A stretch of DNA of 64,000 bases from Negaprion brevirostris. Lineage: Eukaryota. Positions 63,225-64,000 of the stretch are shown in pieces. Where the stretch lies: the NCBI GenBank assembly GCA_030324005.1, contig JARDVH010000167.1, forward strand, positions 15,524,821 to 15,588,820, read 5' to 3'. Both the position numbers and the translations under genes were made by a program. The notes beneath the pieces were generated by a model. That model ran no database searches. It was given only the letters and a program-made list of their open reading frames with translations, and was not told where the DNA came from. Within the stretch, counting starts at the first letter, position 1; every line of letters begins with the position of its first letter.

Positions 63225-64000
63225 GTCATGATATAATAGCAGCATCACTGGACAAATAATTCCAGAAGCCTAATGTGGGTTCAAATCCACCAAAACAGCT
63301 GGTGGAATTTACGTATGATTCATAAATCTGGAATTAAAAACTAGTGTAATGGTAACCGCATAACCATTGTTGAAGTTGTCAAAACCCATCTGGTTCACTA
63401 ATGACCTTTCGGGAGTGCAACCATCCTTGCCTTGTTTGATTGGCTTGCTAGGCTATTTAGAAGGCATTTATGAACCAATGAGTTGTATCAAACCACTAAA
63501 ATATCTAACAGGGATGGAACTGGACTGACCTGGCACCAGCCTAGGCACTGGCTGTGACAACAGCCCACCCAGCCCTATCAACACTTCAGAGTCCTCCTCA
63601 CTAATATCTGGGGGTTTGGGCCAAAACTGGGAGAGCTCTCTCTCTCAGATTACTCAAGCAACAGCCTCATGAAATCATACCTTGCAGGCAATGTTCCAGA
63701 CACCTCCATCAACATCCTTGGGTATATTAGATCCAACCATCTTGAGCTGTTTCATCAATGATCTTCCTTCATTAATGACCACCTTCCATCATGCCAGAAG
63801 TGGAGATGTTCACTGCACAACATTCAGGCACTGAAGCAGTCTGCGTTCAAATGCAGCAATATTTGGATAACATTTAGCTTGGGCTGATTAGTATTGGCAT
63901 CAAGCAATGACCATCACAATCACTGGAGGATCTATTCAACTTGACATTAAATTGTATTAATACTGAACTCTGCACTACCAAAATCTTGGTTACCATTGAC
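63225..64000 (+). mobile_element. CR1/L2-group LINE with tRNA-SINE-like 5' head and internal deletion, running off the window end
   Basis: Head with B-box gggttcaaatcc, then APE N-terminus LLTNIWGFGPKLGEL...KQQP...SYLAGNVPDTSINILGY. It then jumps to RT remnants SCFINDLPS and LDNI.AWAD. Confidence 0.7.

Noticed and set aside
1-64000. CRISPR arrays, operons or prokaryotic defence systems
   Set aside because: The sequence is eukaryotic intronic DNA with no regularly spaced repeat-spacer array and no gene-dense region.

Overview
This is vertebrate genomic DNA from a gappy draft assembly, almost certainly a cartilaginous fish (shark). That call is inferred from HE1/V-SINE-type repeats and their CR1-type LINE partners. 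The only host coding sequence I can support is one 109-nt internal exon (59140-59248, + strand) encoding the first half of PHD1 of the double PHD finger of a MOZ/MORF histone acetyltransferase, best matching KAT6A. The rest is most simply read as its flanking introns: at least 59 kb upstream and 4.7 kb downstream. These are densely filled with decayed CR1, L2 and RTE LINEs, V-SINEs with two different 3' tails, DeuSINE-like and LF-SINE-like repeats, Penelope-like elements with hammerhead-ribozyme relics, a Gypsy integrase/LTR remnant and a U6 snRNA pseudogene. Nearly all ORFs in the supplied track are chance, repeat-derived or N-gap artefacts. I found no convincing novel multi-gene system. The best leads are an unidentified decayed 246-codon Cys/N-glycan-rich frame beside the U6 copy, Ser-to-Gly at the KAT6A acyl-lysine pocket position, a LINE with a tRNA-SINE-like head, and several informative retrotransposon junction structures. 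Repeat names and human reference sequences come from recall, not database searches, and repeat boundaries are approximate.
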